A stretch of DNA of 36,394 bases from Vulcanimicrobiaceae bacterium (GTDB lineage Bacteria; Vulcanimicrobiota; Vulcanimicrobiia; Vulcanimicrobiales; Vulcanimicrobiaceae). Where the stretch lies: positions 419 to 36,812 of the forward strand of contig JBHEMM010000011.1 of NCBI GenBank assembly GCA_046262595.1, given 5' to 3'. The first letter of the stretch is position 1; each line of letters begins with the position of its first letter. The position numbers were made by a program, and so were the translations under genes. Below, piece after piece: positions 19,053-28,118 of this stretch. The notes below the pieces were generated by a model. That model was not told the DNA's origin and did not search any database. It worked only from the letters and a program-made list of their open reading frames with translations.

Positions 19053-19081
19053 ATCTTATGCACTTATCCACAGGTGCACAA
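19053..19081 (-). promoter_or_regulatory. dnaA promoter with DnaA box in the spacer
   Basis: TTGTGC-N17-TAAGAT on the minus strand; perfect TTATCCACA at 19064-19072 lies between -35 and -10. Confidence 0.65.
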
Positions 19082-19200
19082 GGCACGGTTTTACGCACGA
19101 ATTCCGACGTTTTGCAATCGCGGGCGGACCCTCTTGACAGCGCCGCGCGGCCTTGAAAAATCAGGGGTTTCCGAACGATCGCACCGCGCGCGCAACGCAC

Positions 19201-19232
19201 CTTTCCACAGCATTCTCCACAGGTGTGGACAG
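19201..19232. promoter_or_regulatory. Cluster of three near-consensus DnaA boxes
   Basis: CTTTCCACA 19201-19209, TTCTCCACA 19213-19221, inverted CTGTCCACA 19224-19232. Confidence 0.75.
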
Positions 19233-19285
19233 CGCGGTGGAGCGGGGCAGTTTTCTTAATGTTGGCGCCGGTACGCGAACGGCGC

Positions 19286-19315
19286 TTGACGCCCGCGAAG
19301 CCGTGGTCCTATACT
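19286..19315 (+). promoter_or_regulatory. sigma70 promoter of the rpmH operon
   Basis: TTGACG-N18-TATACT upstream of rpmH. Confidence 0.7.
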
Positions 19316-19372
19316 AAGTGGCTGCGTGCCCCGCCAAGGGGCGCCGCGATCATTTTTTAGGAGACCTCTACC

Positions 19373-19507
19373 ATGAAGCGGACCTTTCAGCCGCACAACC
19401 GGCGCCGTAAGCGCGTCCACGGCTTTCTCGAGCGGATGTCGAGCAAGAACGGCCGCCGCGTGCTCAACGCGCGCCGTAAGAAGGGCCGTAAGCGCCTCAG
19501 CGTCTGA
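19373..19507 (+). CDS. rpmH: 50S ribosomal protein L34
   Basis: Manual translation [51 protein letters not shown]; below the ORF-track length cutoff. Confidence 0.98.
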   Translation: MKRTFQPHNRRRKRVHGFLERMSSKNGRRVLNARRKKGRKRLSV

Positions 19508-19827
19508 TGCGCCGTTATGCCAGCCTGCGCCGCCCGGGCGATTTTGCCCGAGTGCGTTCGCGAGGCCGGCGGACCGCAACGGCGGATTTGACCGTTTTCC
19601 TTAGTGATGCCGTCCGGGGCGACCAGCGCGCCGTGGTCGGCATTTCCGTTTCCAAGAGCGTCGGCAAGGCCGTGGTGCGCAACCGGGTGCGCCGGCGGAT
19701 CGGTGCGGCAGTGCACGAGGTCCTCGCTGCGCACGCGCGGGTTCGCGCCCTGATCGTTGCTCGCCCGTCCGCCGCCGCCGCGTCGTTCGAAGGCCTGCGG
19801 GCGCAACTGCAGCGGGCGCTCGTCTGA
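19507..19827 (+). CDS. rnpA: Ribonuclease P protein component
   Basis: [21 protein letters not shown] (RNR motif); TGATG coupling to rpmH. Confidence 0.95.
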   Translation: MRRYASLRRPGDFARVRSRGRRTATADLTVFLSDAVRGDQRAVVGISVSKSVGKAVVRNRVRRRIGAAVHEVLAAHARVRALIVARPSAAAASFEGLRAQLQRALV

Positions 19828-20039
19828 TGCGGCGCGTGCTGGCTTTACTGGCGCTTTATAAGAAGTTCATCTCGCCCTTGCTGCCGCCGGCTTGCCGCTT
19901 CTACCCGTCGTGTTCGGAGTACGCCGCGCAGGCGATCGCGAAACACGGTTTGCTTCATGGCGGTATGCTCGCCGCGGGGCGGCTGGCGAAGTGCCACCCG
20001 CTGCATCCGGGCGGCGTCGACCCCGTACCCGAAAGGTAA
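19827..20039 (+). CDS. yidD: Membrane protein insertion efficiency factor YidD
   Basis: [10 protein letters not shown]...[14 protein letters not shown]. Confidence 0.96.
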   Translation: MRRVLALLALYKKFISPLLPPACRFYPSCSEYAAQAIAKHGLLHGGMLAAGRLAKCHPLHPGGVDPVPER

Positions 20040-20042
20040 GTT

Positions 20043-20954
20043 TTGCACGTTCTTCTGGCGGCCAATTTTCTCGATCCCTTGACGCACGGCGTCGCGTTCG
20101 TCATCGGCGCGATCGATTCGGTCGTTCACAACCGCGGCTGGTCGCTCGTGCTCTTCGCGCTTGCGCTTAAGCTGCTGTTTTGGCCGCTCAACGTCAAGCA
20201 GTTTATGGCGATGGTCAAGATGCAGGAGCTGGGCCCGCAGCTCAAAGCGATGCAGGCGCGCAACAAAGAGAAAGAAGAGCAGCTCAAGCGCCGGATCAAA
20301 GACGCGGATCAGCTCAAGAAGGCGCAGCTCGAAAATCAACAGGCGATGCAGCGCGACACGATGGATCTGTACAAAAAGAACGGCGCGAACCCGCTCGCGG
20401 GCTGCTGGCCGATGCTCGTGCAGTATCCGTTTTTGGTATGCGTTTTCTATGCCGTAACGCTGCCGCAGTACCGACACCTGTATCAGGGGCAGCATTGGGC
20501 TTGGATCGGATCGGCAATCACGGCGCATCTTCCGGTTTTGCCGTTTTGGAAGCAGCCGCTTCTCGCGGCAAGTTTGGGCGCACCGGACCTCGTCCTGCTC
20601 GTTCTCTACATGATCTCCATGTATCTGTTTTCGCGCTACGCGACGATGCCGTCCGCGGATCCGCAGCAGGCGAACACCCAGAAGATGATGGCAATCGTCT
20701 CGCCGGTGATGCTGGGCTACATGGGCTTCCAATGGAAATGGCCCTCGGCGATGGTCTTGTATTGGTTCTCGTTCAACGTTTTGACGATGGCGCAGCAGTT
20801 CTATCTGCTCAAGCGAAATCACAAGCCGCTTTCGATTCTCGATAACGAACATGCGGTGACCGACATTCCCGATAAGCCCGCGGCGGCCGCGAGCGCGGGC
20901 AACGGCGCCGTCAAGACTTCCAAAAACCAGAAAAAGAAAGGCGCAAAGAGATAA
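20043..20954 (+). CDS. yidC: YidC/Oxa1 membrane protein insertase (short form)
   Basis: NPLAGCWPMLVQYP and PSAMVLYW motifs; basic C-terminal tail; synteny. Confidence 0.93.
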   Translation: MHVLLAANFLDPLTHGVAFVIGAIDSVVHNRGWSLVLFALALKLLFWPLNVKQFMAMVKMQELGPQLKAMQARNKEKEEQLKRRIKDADQLKKAQLENQQAMQRDTMDLYKKNGANPLAGCWPMLVQYPFLVCVFYAVTLPQYRHLYQGQHWAWIGSAITAHLPVLPFWKQPLLAASLGAPDLVLLVLYMISMYLFSRYATMPSADPQQANTQKMMAIVSPVMLGYMGFQWKWPSAMVLYWFSFNVLTMAQQFYLLKRNHKPLSILDNEHAVTDIPDKPAAAASAGNGAVKTSKNQKKKGAKR

Positions 20955-20956
20955 CG

Positions 20957-21544
20957 ATGTTCGAAGACGACGTCGAACCGGAAGATCAGCCCAGCGACAT
21001 TCGCGACCGCGACTTCAACCGGAGCACTCGCGTGCATCGCGGCGCAGCCAGTGGACCGCGCGCCCCGCGCGAGCGCAGCAAGCACGAGTTTCCCGCCGAT
21101 GCGCAGCCGGCGCGTGAATTGCTGGTGGAGATCCTCACGCGCATGGGCGTGCCGCACGCGGAGATCGATTACGTGCCGCGTCCCGAGGGCGACTATCTGG
21201 AAGTGAACGGGCCCGATTTAGCCATGCTGATCGGCCGCCACGGCAACACGCTCGAAGCGTTAAATCTTATCTTCAACAACATCATTAACGCGGGCGTACG
21301 CAGCAACCGCAAGTACTACACGATCGACGCCGAAGGCTATCGCGCGCGCCGCGCCGATCAGCTCAAGGCATTGGCGCTGACCATGCTGGAACGCGTCGCG
21401 CGCGAGAACAAGCCGCAGCGTCTGGAACCCATGCTGCCTTCCGAGCGCAAAATCGTCCATCTCTCGCTAGCGGAAAACGATCGCGTTCGAACCGAATCCG
21501 AGGGCGTCGAGCCCGAACGCCGCGTGGTGATTTTTCCAAAGTAG
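20957..21544 (+). CDS. jag: Jag/KhpB (EloR) KH-R3H RNA-binding protein
   Basis: KH motif LIGRHGNTLEAL and R3H motif ERKIVH; follows yidC. Confidence 0.9.
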   Translation: MFEDDVEPEDQPSDIRDRDFNRSTRVHRGAASGPRAPRERSKHEFPADAQPARELLVEILTRMGVPHAEIDYVPRPEGDYLEVNGPDLAMLIGRHGNTLEALNLIFNNIINAGVRSNRKYYTIDAEGYRARRADQLKALALTMLERVARENKPQRLEPMLPSERKIVHLSLAENDRVRTESEGVEPERRVVIFPK

Positions 21545-21553
21545 CGCCGCACG

Positions 21554-22900
21554 GTGCATGAGGATACCATCGCCGCCATTGCCACACCGCCCGGCGCCGG
21601 CGCGATTGCAATCGTGCGCGTTTCGGGGACGCAAGCGCCCGAGCTGGGCTCGCGCTTGTTTCATTCTCAAGCGCCGCTGCAGCCGCGCGTTGCGGCGTAC
21701 GGCACGATCGTCGACGAGTGCGGCGTCCCGATCGATCGCGCCCTCGCGCTGCTGTTTGCGGCGCCGCACAGCTACACGGGCGAGGATGCGCTCGAGTTCC
21801 ACGTGCACGGCTCGGCGATCGTCGCGCGCGAAACGATGCGCGCGCTCATCGCCTGCGGCGCGCGGACGGCGGATGCCGGCGAATTTACGCGCCGCGCATT
21901 TCTGAACGGAAAGCTGGATCTGCACGCCGCGGCGTCCGTCGCGGATCTCATTCAAGCGCAATCGCGCTCGGCGGCACGGGCGGCGCTCGCCAATCTGGGC
22001 GGCGGCCTGACGGCGGAAGTGCGCGCGCTGCGCGGCCGGCTTGCGTCGCTGCTGGAAGAACTCACCGCTGCGATCGATTTTCCCGACGAGGTGCCTGCGC
22101 CGGCGGCGGGACCGCTGCTCGAGGGTTTAAACCGCATCGACGCCGCGCTGCTCGCGCTGCAGCGCGATGCCGAGGTTGGACGCCTGGTGCGCGAGGGCGT
22201 TTCGGTTGCGATCGTCGGGCCGCCGAACGCCGGCAAATCCTCGCTGCTCAACGCGCTGCTCGGCGAGGAGCGCGCGATCGTCTCGAACATTGCCGGGACG
22301 ACGCGCGACACGATCGAGGAGTCCGTTACCGTGCACGGCATGCGCGTGCGGCTGATCGACACCGCCGGCATCCGCCGTCATGCGGCCGGCTTGGAGTCCG
22401 AAGGGATTGCGCGCTCCGAGCGCGCGCTGCAAGGGGCGCGGGTTGCCTTGCTGGTGATCGACGGATCGCGGCCGCTGCCCGCGGAAGGGCGGCAGCTCTT
22501 GGAGCGTACGAGCCGGCGCCGGCGTGTCGTCTTCGCAAATAAAGCGGACCTGGGCGACGGCGGCGCCCGCGAGCTCGGCAGCGCCGCCGATGTTACGGGA
22601 AGCGTGCGCGACGCCGCAACGCTAGCGCAGATTCAACGCGCTCTCGCGCGTGCGGGCTGGGACGGCGAAGCTGCGGATGCGGAACGTCCGCATTTGGCTG
22701 CGCTGCACGAGCTCGATGCGGTCGGGCGCGCGCTGGAACACGTGCGGCGCGCGAGCGAAACGCTGCGGGGCGGCGACCCGGCGGATTTGGCCGCGCCTGA
22801 ACTCCAGCGCGCGTTCGCCGCCCTGGGCCAGATTACCGGCGATGAAGCCGGCGAAGAACTTTTGAGCGGCATCTTCGCGCGCTTTTGCATCGGCAAATAA
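21554..22900 (+). CDS. mnmE: tRNA modification GTPase MnmE
   Basis: DTIAAIATPPG, SYTGED, GPPNAGKSS, GTTRD, DTAG, NKAD, terminal FCIGK. Confidence 0.97.
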   Translation: MHEDTIAAIATPPGAGAIAIVRVSGTQAPELGSRLFHSQAPLQPRVAAYGTIVDECGVPIDRALALLFAAPHSYTGEDALEFHVHGSAIVARETMRALIACGARTADAGEFTRRAFLNGKLDLHAAASVADLIQAQSRSAARAALANLGGGLTAEVRALRGRLASLLEELTAAIDFPDEVPAPAAGPLLEGLNRIDAALLALQRDAEVGRLVREGVSVAIVGPPNAGKSSLLNALLGEERAIVSNIAGTTRDTIEESVTVHGMRVRLIDTAGIRRHAAGLESEGIARSERALQGARVALLVIDGSRPLPAEGRQLLERTSRRRRVVFANKADLGDGGARELGSAADVTGSVRDAATLAQIQRALARAGWDGEAADAERPHLAALHELDAVGRALEHVRRASETLRGGDPADLAAPELQRAFAALGQITGDEAGEELLSGIFARFCIGK

Positions 22901-22974
22901 GCTGCGGGCGCAGGTCGCATGCGTTAAGCGGCAAAGCAACCCCACACACTTGATCCGAACGGAGGCCCGTTCTC

Positions 22975-23307
22975 ATGGTCACCCGTCTTCGCAATATCAA
23001 TCCCGTGCAGTTCGGTCTTGTCTACGGTATCGTCGCAGCATTCATCGCGCTCATCGTAGCGCTGCTTGCGCTGCCGTTCGGTGCGCTGATGGGAGCGGCC
23101 GGCGGCCGTTTGGGCATGTTCGGCGCAGGCATGGGCGTCATGTTCATCGTGCTTGCGCCCATCATGTACTTTTGCGTGGGATTCGTCGGCGGACTTGTCA
23201 CGGCGTTCGTCTATAACATCGTCGCGGTCTGGACGGGCGGCGTCGAGGTCACACTCAGCGGCCGCCTCGAAACGGCCGTCCAGCCCCCGCAGGGCTACAC
23301 GGTGTAG
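22975..23307 (+). CDS. Small membrane protein, DUF3566-like
   Basis: GGAGG SD; hydrophobic helices; C-terminal AFVYNIVAVWTGGVEVTL resembles DUF3566 as I recall it. Confidence 0.65.
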   Translation: MVTRLRNINPVQFGLVYGIVAAFIALIVALLALPFGALMGAAGGRLGMFGAGMGVMFIVLAPIMYFCVGFVGGLVTAFVYNIVAVWTGGVEVTLSGRLETAVQPPQGYTV

Positions 23308-23327
23308 ATCCGGCCGCTTGCGGCGGC

Positions 23328-23336
23328 TGGTAAAAT
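23328..23336 (+). promoter_or_regulatory. Extended -10 element directly upstream of mnmG
   Basis: TG-G-TAAAAT, 8 nt before ATG 23345; no SD. Confidence 0.5.
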
Positions 23337-23344
23337 AGAGCGTT

Positions 23345-25192
23345 ATGCAGCAGCCGGGGCACAGCGAAACTACGGCCGTTTTGGTCGTCGGAGGCGGACA
23401 CGCCGGTTTGGAAGCCGCGCTGGCTTCCGCGCGCTTGGGCGTCGAAACCGTGCTGCTCACGGGCGATCCCGATCGCATCTGCACGCTCGCATGTAATCCA
23501 TCCATCGGGGGAAGCGCGAAGGGCCAGCTCGTGCGTGAAGTCGACGCGTTAGGCGGCGAGATGGCGCGCATCATCGATCGTTCCTCGCTGCACGCGCGGT
23601 TCTTGAACGAATCCAAAGGGCCGGCCGTGCGTGCACTGCGGGCGCTTGCCGATAAACCGGCGTACGCGCGCAATGCCCTCGCCGCGCTGCGCGCGCAGCC
23701 GCATCTGCAGATCGTCAAAGGGTTGGCCGACGCGCTGCTCGTTTCAGGCGGACGCGTGCGCGGCGTACGCTGCAGCGACGGATCCTCATACGGCGCGCGC
23801 AATGTCGTGCTGGCAACCGGCACGTTTTTAGGGGGCAAAACGTTTCGCGGCGACGTCGTGCAGCCGGAAGGGCGCTTCGGCGAAGCGCCGGCGATTGGGC
23901 TCTCCGATAGCTTGCGCGAGCTCGGCTTTCCGACGCGCCGCATGAAGACCGGAACGCCCCCGCGCATCGACCGGCAAAGCGTGAACACCGGCGCAATGCA
24001 GTCGCAGTTTCCCAGCGCGCGGCCGCTGCCGTTTTCTTACGCAAGCGCAAAGACGTTTGCCGGCCCCCAATTGCCATGCTACATCACCGATACAAACGCG
24101 AAGACGCACGCGCTGGTAAGGGAAAATTTGCATCGCTCGCCGCTGTACGGCCTGGATCTCATCCAAGGAATCGGACCGCGTTATTGTCCGTCGATTGAAG
24201 ACAAGGTCGTGAAGTTCGCGCACAATCCCACCCACCAAATTTTCATCGAGCCCGAAGGCTGGGACGAACCGTCGTGGTATGTCGGCGGCTTCTCCACCTC
24301 GCTGCCCGCGGAAGTGCAGCTGGCGATGCTGCAAACGCTTGCAGGGTTGGAAAGCGTGAAGATGCTGCGCGCAGGTTACGCCGTCGAATACGACATGGTG
24401 CCGCCGACGCAGCTGCGCGATACGCTGGAAACACACCGGTTCGAAGGGCTCTATCATTGCGGGCAGATCAACGGCACCTCCGGTTATGAAGAAGCGGCGG
24501 CGCAGGGGTTGATCGCGGGATTGAATGCGGCGCGCGCCGCGCAGGGCAAGACACCGCTGCGGCTTGGACGCGCTCAAGCATACATCGGCGTTCTCATCGA
24601 CGATCTGGTAAACAAGGGCGTGGACGAACCGTATCGCATGATGACGTCGCGCGCGGAGCACCGCGTATTACTGCGGCATGACAATGCCGACGCGCGATTG
24701 ACGCCTGCCGGGCGGGAAATGGGCCTGATCGACGAGGAGCAGTGGGAGGCGTTCGAGCGGCGCACCGAAGCGTTGCGCCGCGCGGTTGCTGACGCGCACT
24801 CCACGCGCATCGGCGTTCGTCGTCTTTGCGGCGAAACGTTCAAAAGTGCGACCGTCGGTGAGGCGTTGCGCCGCCCCTCGGTGCAATTCACCGACGTGCG
24901 CACGTTCTTGCCGCACGTCGACGAGGAAATCGGCGAGCGCGCCGCCATCGAGATCAAGTTTGAGGGCTATATCCGGCGCGAAGAAACCGCGGTCGAGAAG
25001 TCCGCGAGGACGCAGAACGTGCCGATTCCGGAGGATCTGCCCTATGGCTCGATCAAAGCGCTGTCGTTGGAGGCGCGCGAAAAGCTCGGTATGCAGCGGC
25101 CGCGCACGCTTGGTGCAGCGGGCCGCATCCCCGGCGTAACGCCGGCCGATATTGCCGTCCTGAGCGTTTACGTCCAACGCCGCTCGGCGTGA
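23345..25192 (+). CDS. mnmG: tRNA uridine 5-carboxymethylaminomethyl modification enzyme MnmG (GidA)
   Basis: [51 protein letters not shown]. Confidence 0.98.
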   Translation: MQQPGHSETTAVLVVGGGHAGLEAALASARLGVETVLLTGDPDRICTLACNPSIGGSAKGQLVREVDALGGEMARIIDRSSLHARFLNESKGPAVRALRALADKPAYARNALAALRAQPHLQIVKGLADALLVSGGRVRGVRCSDGSSYGARNVVLATGTFLGGKTFRGDVVQPEGRFGEAPAIGLSDSLRELGFPTRRMKTGTPPRIDRQSVNTGAMQSQFPSARPLPFSYASAKTFAGPQLPCYITDTNAKTHALVRENLHRSPLYGLDLIQGIGPRYCPSIEDKVVKFAHNPTHQIFIEPEGWDEPSWYVGGFSTSLPAEVQLAMLQTLAGLESVKMLRAGYAVEYDMVPPTQLRDTLETHRFEGLYHCGQINGTSGYEEAAAQGLIAGLNAARAAQGKTPLRLGRAQAYIGVLIDDLVNKGVDEPYRMMTSRAEHRVLLRHDNADARLTPAGREMGLIDEEQWEAFERRTEALRRAVADAHSTRIGVRRLCGETFKSATVGEALRRPSVQFTDVRTFLPHVDEEIGERAAIEIKFEGYIRREETAVEKSARTQNVPIPEDLPYGSIKALSLEAREKLGMQRPRTLGAAGRIPGVTPADIAVLSVYVQRRSA

Positions 25193-25193
25193 G

Positions 25194-25883
25194 GTGAGGC
25201 ATTTGGAGGCCGGCTTGGCCGCAGCAGGCGTTGCGGCGGACGTTGCGGCGCGCATCGCACGCTACGGCACGCTGCTGCTCGAGGCGAACACGCGCTTCAA
25301 TGTCACCGGCGCCGCGACTGAAGAGGCGCTTCTTCCACATCTCCTCGATGCGCTTTCGATTCGAGCGTACGTTCGGGGGCCGCTCGTCGACGTCGGATCG
25401 GGCGGCGGTTTGCCGGCGATTCCGCTCGCACTGCTCACCGGCTTTCCGGTCACGCTGATCGAGTCGAGCGCAAAAAAAGCGGCGTTCTTACGGTCTATCG
25501 CGCGTGAGTTCCGCTTGGAGGGCACGGTGTATGCCGGCCGCGCCGAAGATGCCGGCCGCGACCCCGCGTTCCGCGGGCGATTTGCGAGCGGCACGGCACG
25601 CGCAGTGGCGAGCGCGCCTGCGGTCGCCGAGTTGCTGGTGCCTTTGCTGGCCGTTGGCGGCCGCGCGGTGCTGCAGCGGGGCGGTATGGGCGCGGCCGAA
25701 CGGAACGCATTGGAGGATGCGGCGCCAATGCTTGGCGCGACGGTCGACCAAGAGATCGTTATCGCGGGCGAGCGCCGCGTGCTTCTGTTGGTGAAATCTA
25801 TGCCGACGCCCGGGCGGTTCCCGCGTCGCGCCGGCGTTCCCGCGAGGCGGCCGCTTTGCTTCGGCGTTCCACGGGGAACCTAA
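25194..25883 (+). CDS. rsmG: 16S rRNA m7G527 methyltransferase RsmG (GidB)
   Basis: HLLDAL, DVGSGGGLPAIPL, RAED, ARAVA; follows mnmG. Confidence 0.93.
   Translation: MRHLEAGLAAAGVAADVAARIARYGTLLLEANTRFNVTGAATEEALLPHLLDALSIRAYVRGPLVDVGSGGGLPAIPLALLTGFPVTLIESSAKKAAFLRSIAREFRLEGTVYAGRAEDAGRDPAFRGRFASGTARAVASAPAVAELLVPLLAVGGRAVLQRGGMGAAERNALEDAAPMLGATVDQEIVIAGERRVLLLVKSMPTPGRFPRRAGVPARRPLCFGVPRGT
25865..25880. other. parS site 1
   Basis: cGTTCCACGGGGAACc, near match to the GTTNCACGTGNAAC parS core. Confidence 0.7.
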
Positions 25884-26563
25884 GCACGCAACGTTCCACG
25901 TGGAACGCTCGCCGCTTCCCTTTCTGCAGCGCGCAGAAATGCGTCGAGCACGGCATCGGACGTTTGCGGGGACGATCCCGGTAACTCGGGGTGCCATTGA
26001 ACCGCCAGAAACCACCCGGGAGCCGGTTCGGCATACTCGTACGCTTCCACGACGCCGTCGGGCGAAAACGCGCAAGCGCGAAAATCTGCGCCGAGGCGAT
26101 CGACAGCTTGATGATGCGAGCTGTTGACCCGGGCCTCGGCCGCGCCGGTCACGCTGGAGAGCAGCGTGCCGGGCCGGATGGCAACGGAATGCGCCTTGGG
26201 CGGCGGCGCTCTATGCACAGCGTTCCGATCCGCAAGATCGGTGAGAAGTGAGCCGCCCGAAACCACGTTGACGATCTGCGCGCCGCGGCAGATCGCCAGC
26301 AACGGCAACGATTTTCCCGCAGCATGCTCAATCAGCGCTGTTTCGATCGCGTCGCGTTCCGGCGCGACGCCAAAATCTTCTCCACCGGTTAAACACAGGG
26401 CGTGAACCCCGAGCAATCGGTGCGGCGAAAACGGCCGGCCGATGCCGGCAAGCCACGCTATCTCCATGCCGATGCTCAGGCAGGAAGCCCGCGCGCCGAG
26501 CGCAGCTGCGTAGGCATCGTAGCCGGCGCCGCCTCCATGGTAACTTACGCCCACGCGAATCAT
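25880..26563 (-). CDS. Peptidase C26 / PuuD-like class I glutamine amidotransferase
   Basis: LTGGED, LAICRGAQ (catalytic Cys), VNSSHHQAV, VQWHPE. Confidence 0.88.
   Translation of the reverse strand: MIRVGVSYHGGGAGYDAYAAALGARASCLSIGMEIAWLAGIGRPFSPHRLLGVHALCLTGGEDFGVAPERDAIETALIEHAAGKSLPLLAICRGAQIVNVVSGGSLLTDLADRNAVHRAPPPKAHSVAIRPGTLLSSVTGAAEARVNSSHHQAVDRLGADFRACAFSPDGVVEAYEYAEPAPGWFLAVQWHPELPGSSPQTSDAVLDAFLRAAEREAASVPRGTLRA
25892..25907. other. parS site 2
   Basis: Perfect palindrome CGTTCCACGTGGAACG, about 2.2 kb from parA. Confidence 0.85.
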
Positions 26564-26725
26564 GCGATTGTCATAGCATAAATTGAACCTGCGCGGGTAT
26601 CTTTAGAGCCACAGCCGATTCTTTGCGCCACCTGCTTTTTCCGCCGCTGCGCTCGCGACGCTTGCCGTAGTCGTCGTAGCCTCCGCCCCGAGGTAACCAG
26701 CAAAAGCGGATAGCCGGGCAGCCTG

Positions 26726-26731
26726 TAAGAT
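26726..26731 (+). promoter_or_regulatory. -10 element directly upstream of cca
   Basis: TAAGAT, 8 nt before ATG 26740; no SD. Confidence 0.45.
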
Positions 26732-26739
26732 AGCGGTAG

Positions 26740-28116
26740 ATGCAAAAACCGCTTTCCGTCGATCAGCGCTTGGCCGGCGCCCTTCCCGCCGGAAGCCTTT
26801 ATGCTGTCGGCGGCCGGGTCCGGGACGAATTGCGGCACGAACTGCACGGCGTTCCGCTCTCGCTCAAAGACCTCGACTACGTCGTGACCGGCGTTGAGCC
26901 GGCCGATTTAGAAAACCGCCTGCGCGCGCTTGGCCGTGTCGATCTGGTCGGAGCGGCATTTGCCGTGTTCAAAGTGATGCTGGACGGCGTGGCCGTAGAC
27001 GTTGCGCTTCCCCGTCGCGAGCGTTCCAGCGGAAGCGGCCACCGCGATTTTGAAATCGAGTCGGGACCGCACGTTTCTTTGGAGCAAGATCTGCAGCGGC
27101 GCGACTTCCGCATGAACATGATCGCCCGCGCGCTGCCTTCCGGGCAGCTCGTCGATCCGTACGGCGGCGCCGCTGATATTCGTGCGCGCCGCATCGATAT
27201 TTTGACGCTGCAGACGTTTGAAGAAGATCCGCTGCGCATGCTGCGCGCGGCGCAGTTTGCGGCGCGCTTTGAATACGAACTGAGCAGCGCGGCGATCGAG
27301 GGCATGCGCGCATGCGCGCCGCTCGTTGCCGACGTTTCGGCCGAGCGCGTCGGCGCGGAACTTTCGAAGATGTTCGCGCAGGCGCGCCGGCCGTCGATCG
27401 GCGTTGAAATACTGCGTAAAACCGGCGTTTTAGCCTTTATTTGGCCGGAGCTGCTCGAGGGCGTGGGGATGGAACAAAACGAGTGGCACGCGTACGATGT
27501 TTACACGCATAACTTGCGCACGCTCGATGCATCGGCGCCCGGCGACCTGACGATGCGTTTGTGCGCGCTGCTGCACGACGTCGGAAAGTCGCGAACGAAA
27601 GACGGTCCGCATTTTTACCGGCACGAACACGTCGGCGCGCAGATGGCGCGCGACATGCTTGCGCGCGTGCGTTTCTCTAACGATGTCACGCAACGCGTGG
27701 AGCACTTGGTGCGTCAGCACATGTATACTGCGGATCCGGAACTTTCCGGCGCGGCCGTCCGCCGCTTCGTGCGCCGCATCGGCGTGAAGGATCTGGACCG
27801 CCAGTTCGCTTTGCGGGCAGCCGACATTGCGGGCAGCGGACTACCCAAACGCGACGACTCGAACGAGCGGTTTCAGGATCGCGTCTACGCCGAAGTGGCG
27901 CGCAAGCCGGCGTTTTCCGTCAAAGATCTGCGCATTGAGGGCGGCACGGTGATCGCACGTATGATTGAGAAGGGCCTCGCCGGACCGGAGTACCGTGGTG
28001 ACAAGCGCGTCGGCGATGCGTTACAGTATTTGTTTGAGCAGGTCACCGAGCAGCCCGGGCGCAATGAGCCCCAGACGCTCGCCACGCTGCTGGACCACTA
28101 TCTCGGGGGTTTCTGA
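26740..28116 (+). CDS. cca: CCA tRNA nucleotidyltransferase with HD domain
   Basis: VGGRVRD, DLD, RRDFRMN, EDPLRMLRA, LLHDVGK. Confidence 0.88.
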   Translation: MQKPLSVDQRLAGALPAGSLYAVGGRVRDELRHELHGVPLSLKDLDYVVTGVEPADLENRLRALGRVDLVGAAFAVFKVMLDGVAVDVALPRRERSSGSGHRDFEIESGPHVSLEQDLQRRDFRMNMIARALPSGQLVDPYGGAADIRARRIDILTLQTFEEDPLRMLRAAQFAARFEYELSSAAIEGMRACAPLVADVSAERVGAELSKMFAQARRPSIGVEILRKTGVLAFIWPELLEGVGMEQNEWHAYDVYTHNLRTLDASAPGDLTMRLCALLHDVGKSRTKDGPHFYRHEHVGAQMARDMLARVRFSNDVTQRVEHLVRQHMYTADPELSGAAVRRFVRRIGVKDLDRQFALRAADIAGSGLPKRDDSNERFQDRVYAEVARKPAFSVKDLRIEGGTVIARMIEKGLAGPEYRGDKRVGDALQYLFEQVTEQPGRNEPQTLATLLDHYLGGF

Positions 28117-28118
28117 GC

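Noticed and set aside
19134..19161. TTGACA on the plus strand upstream of rpmH
   Set aside because: No convincing -10 at 16-18 nt spacing; a better promoter lies at 19286-19315
26564..26739. Possible ncRNA or riboswitch in the divergent spacer
   Set aside because: Only short alternative pairings and no family motif recognised; an Rfam/Infernal scan would settle it
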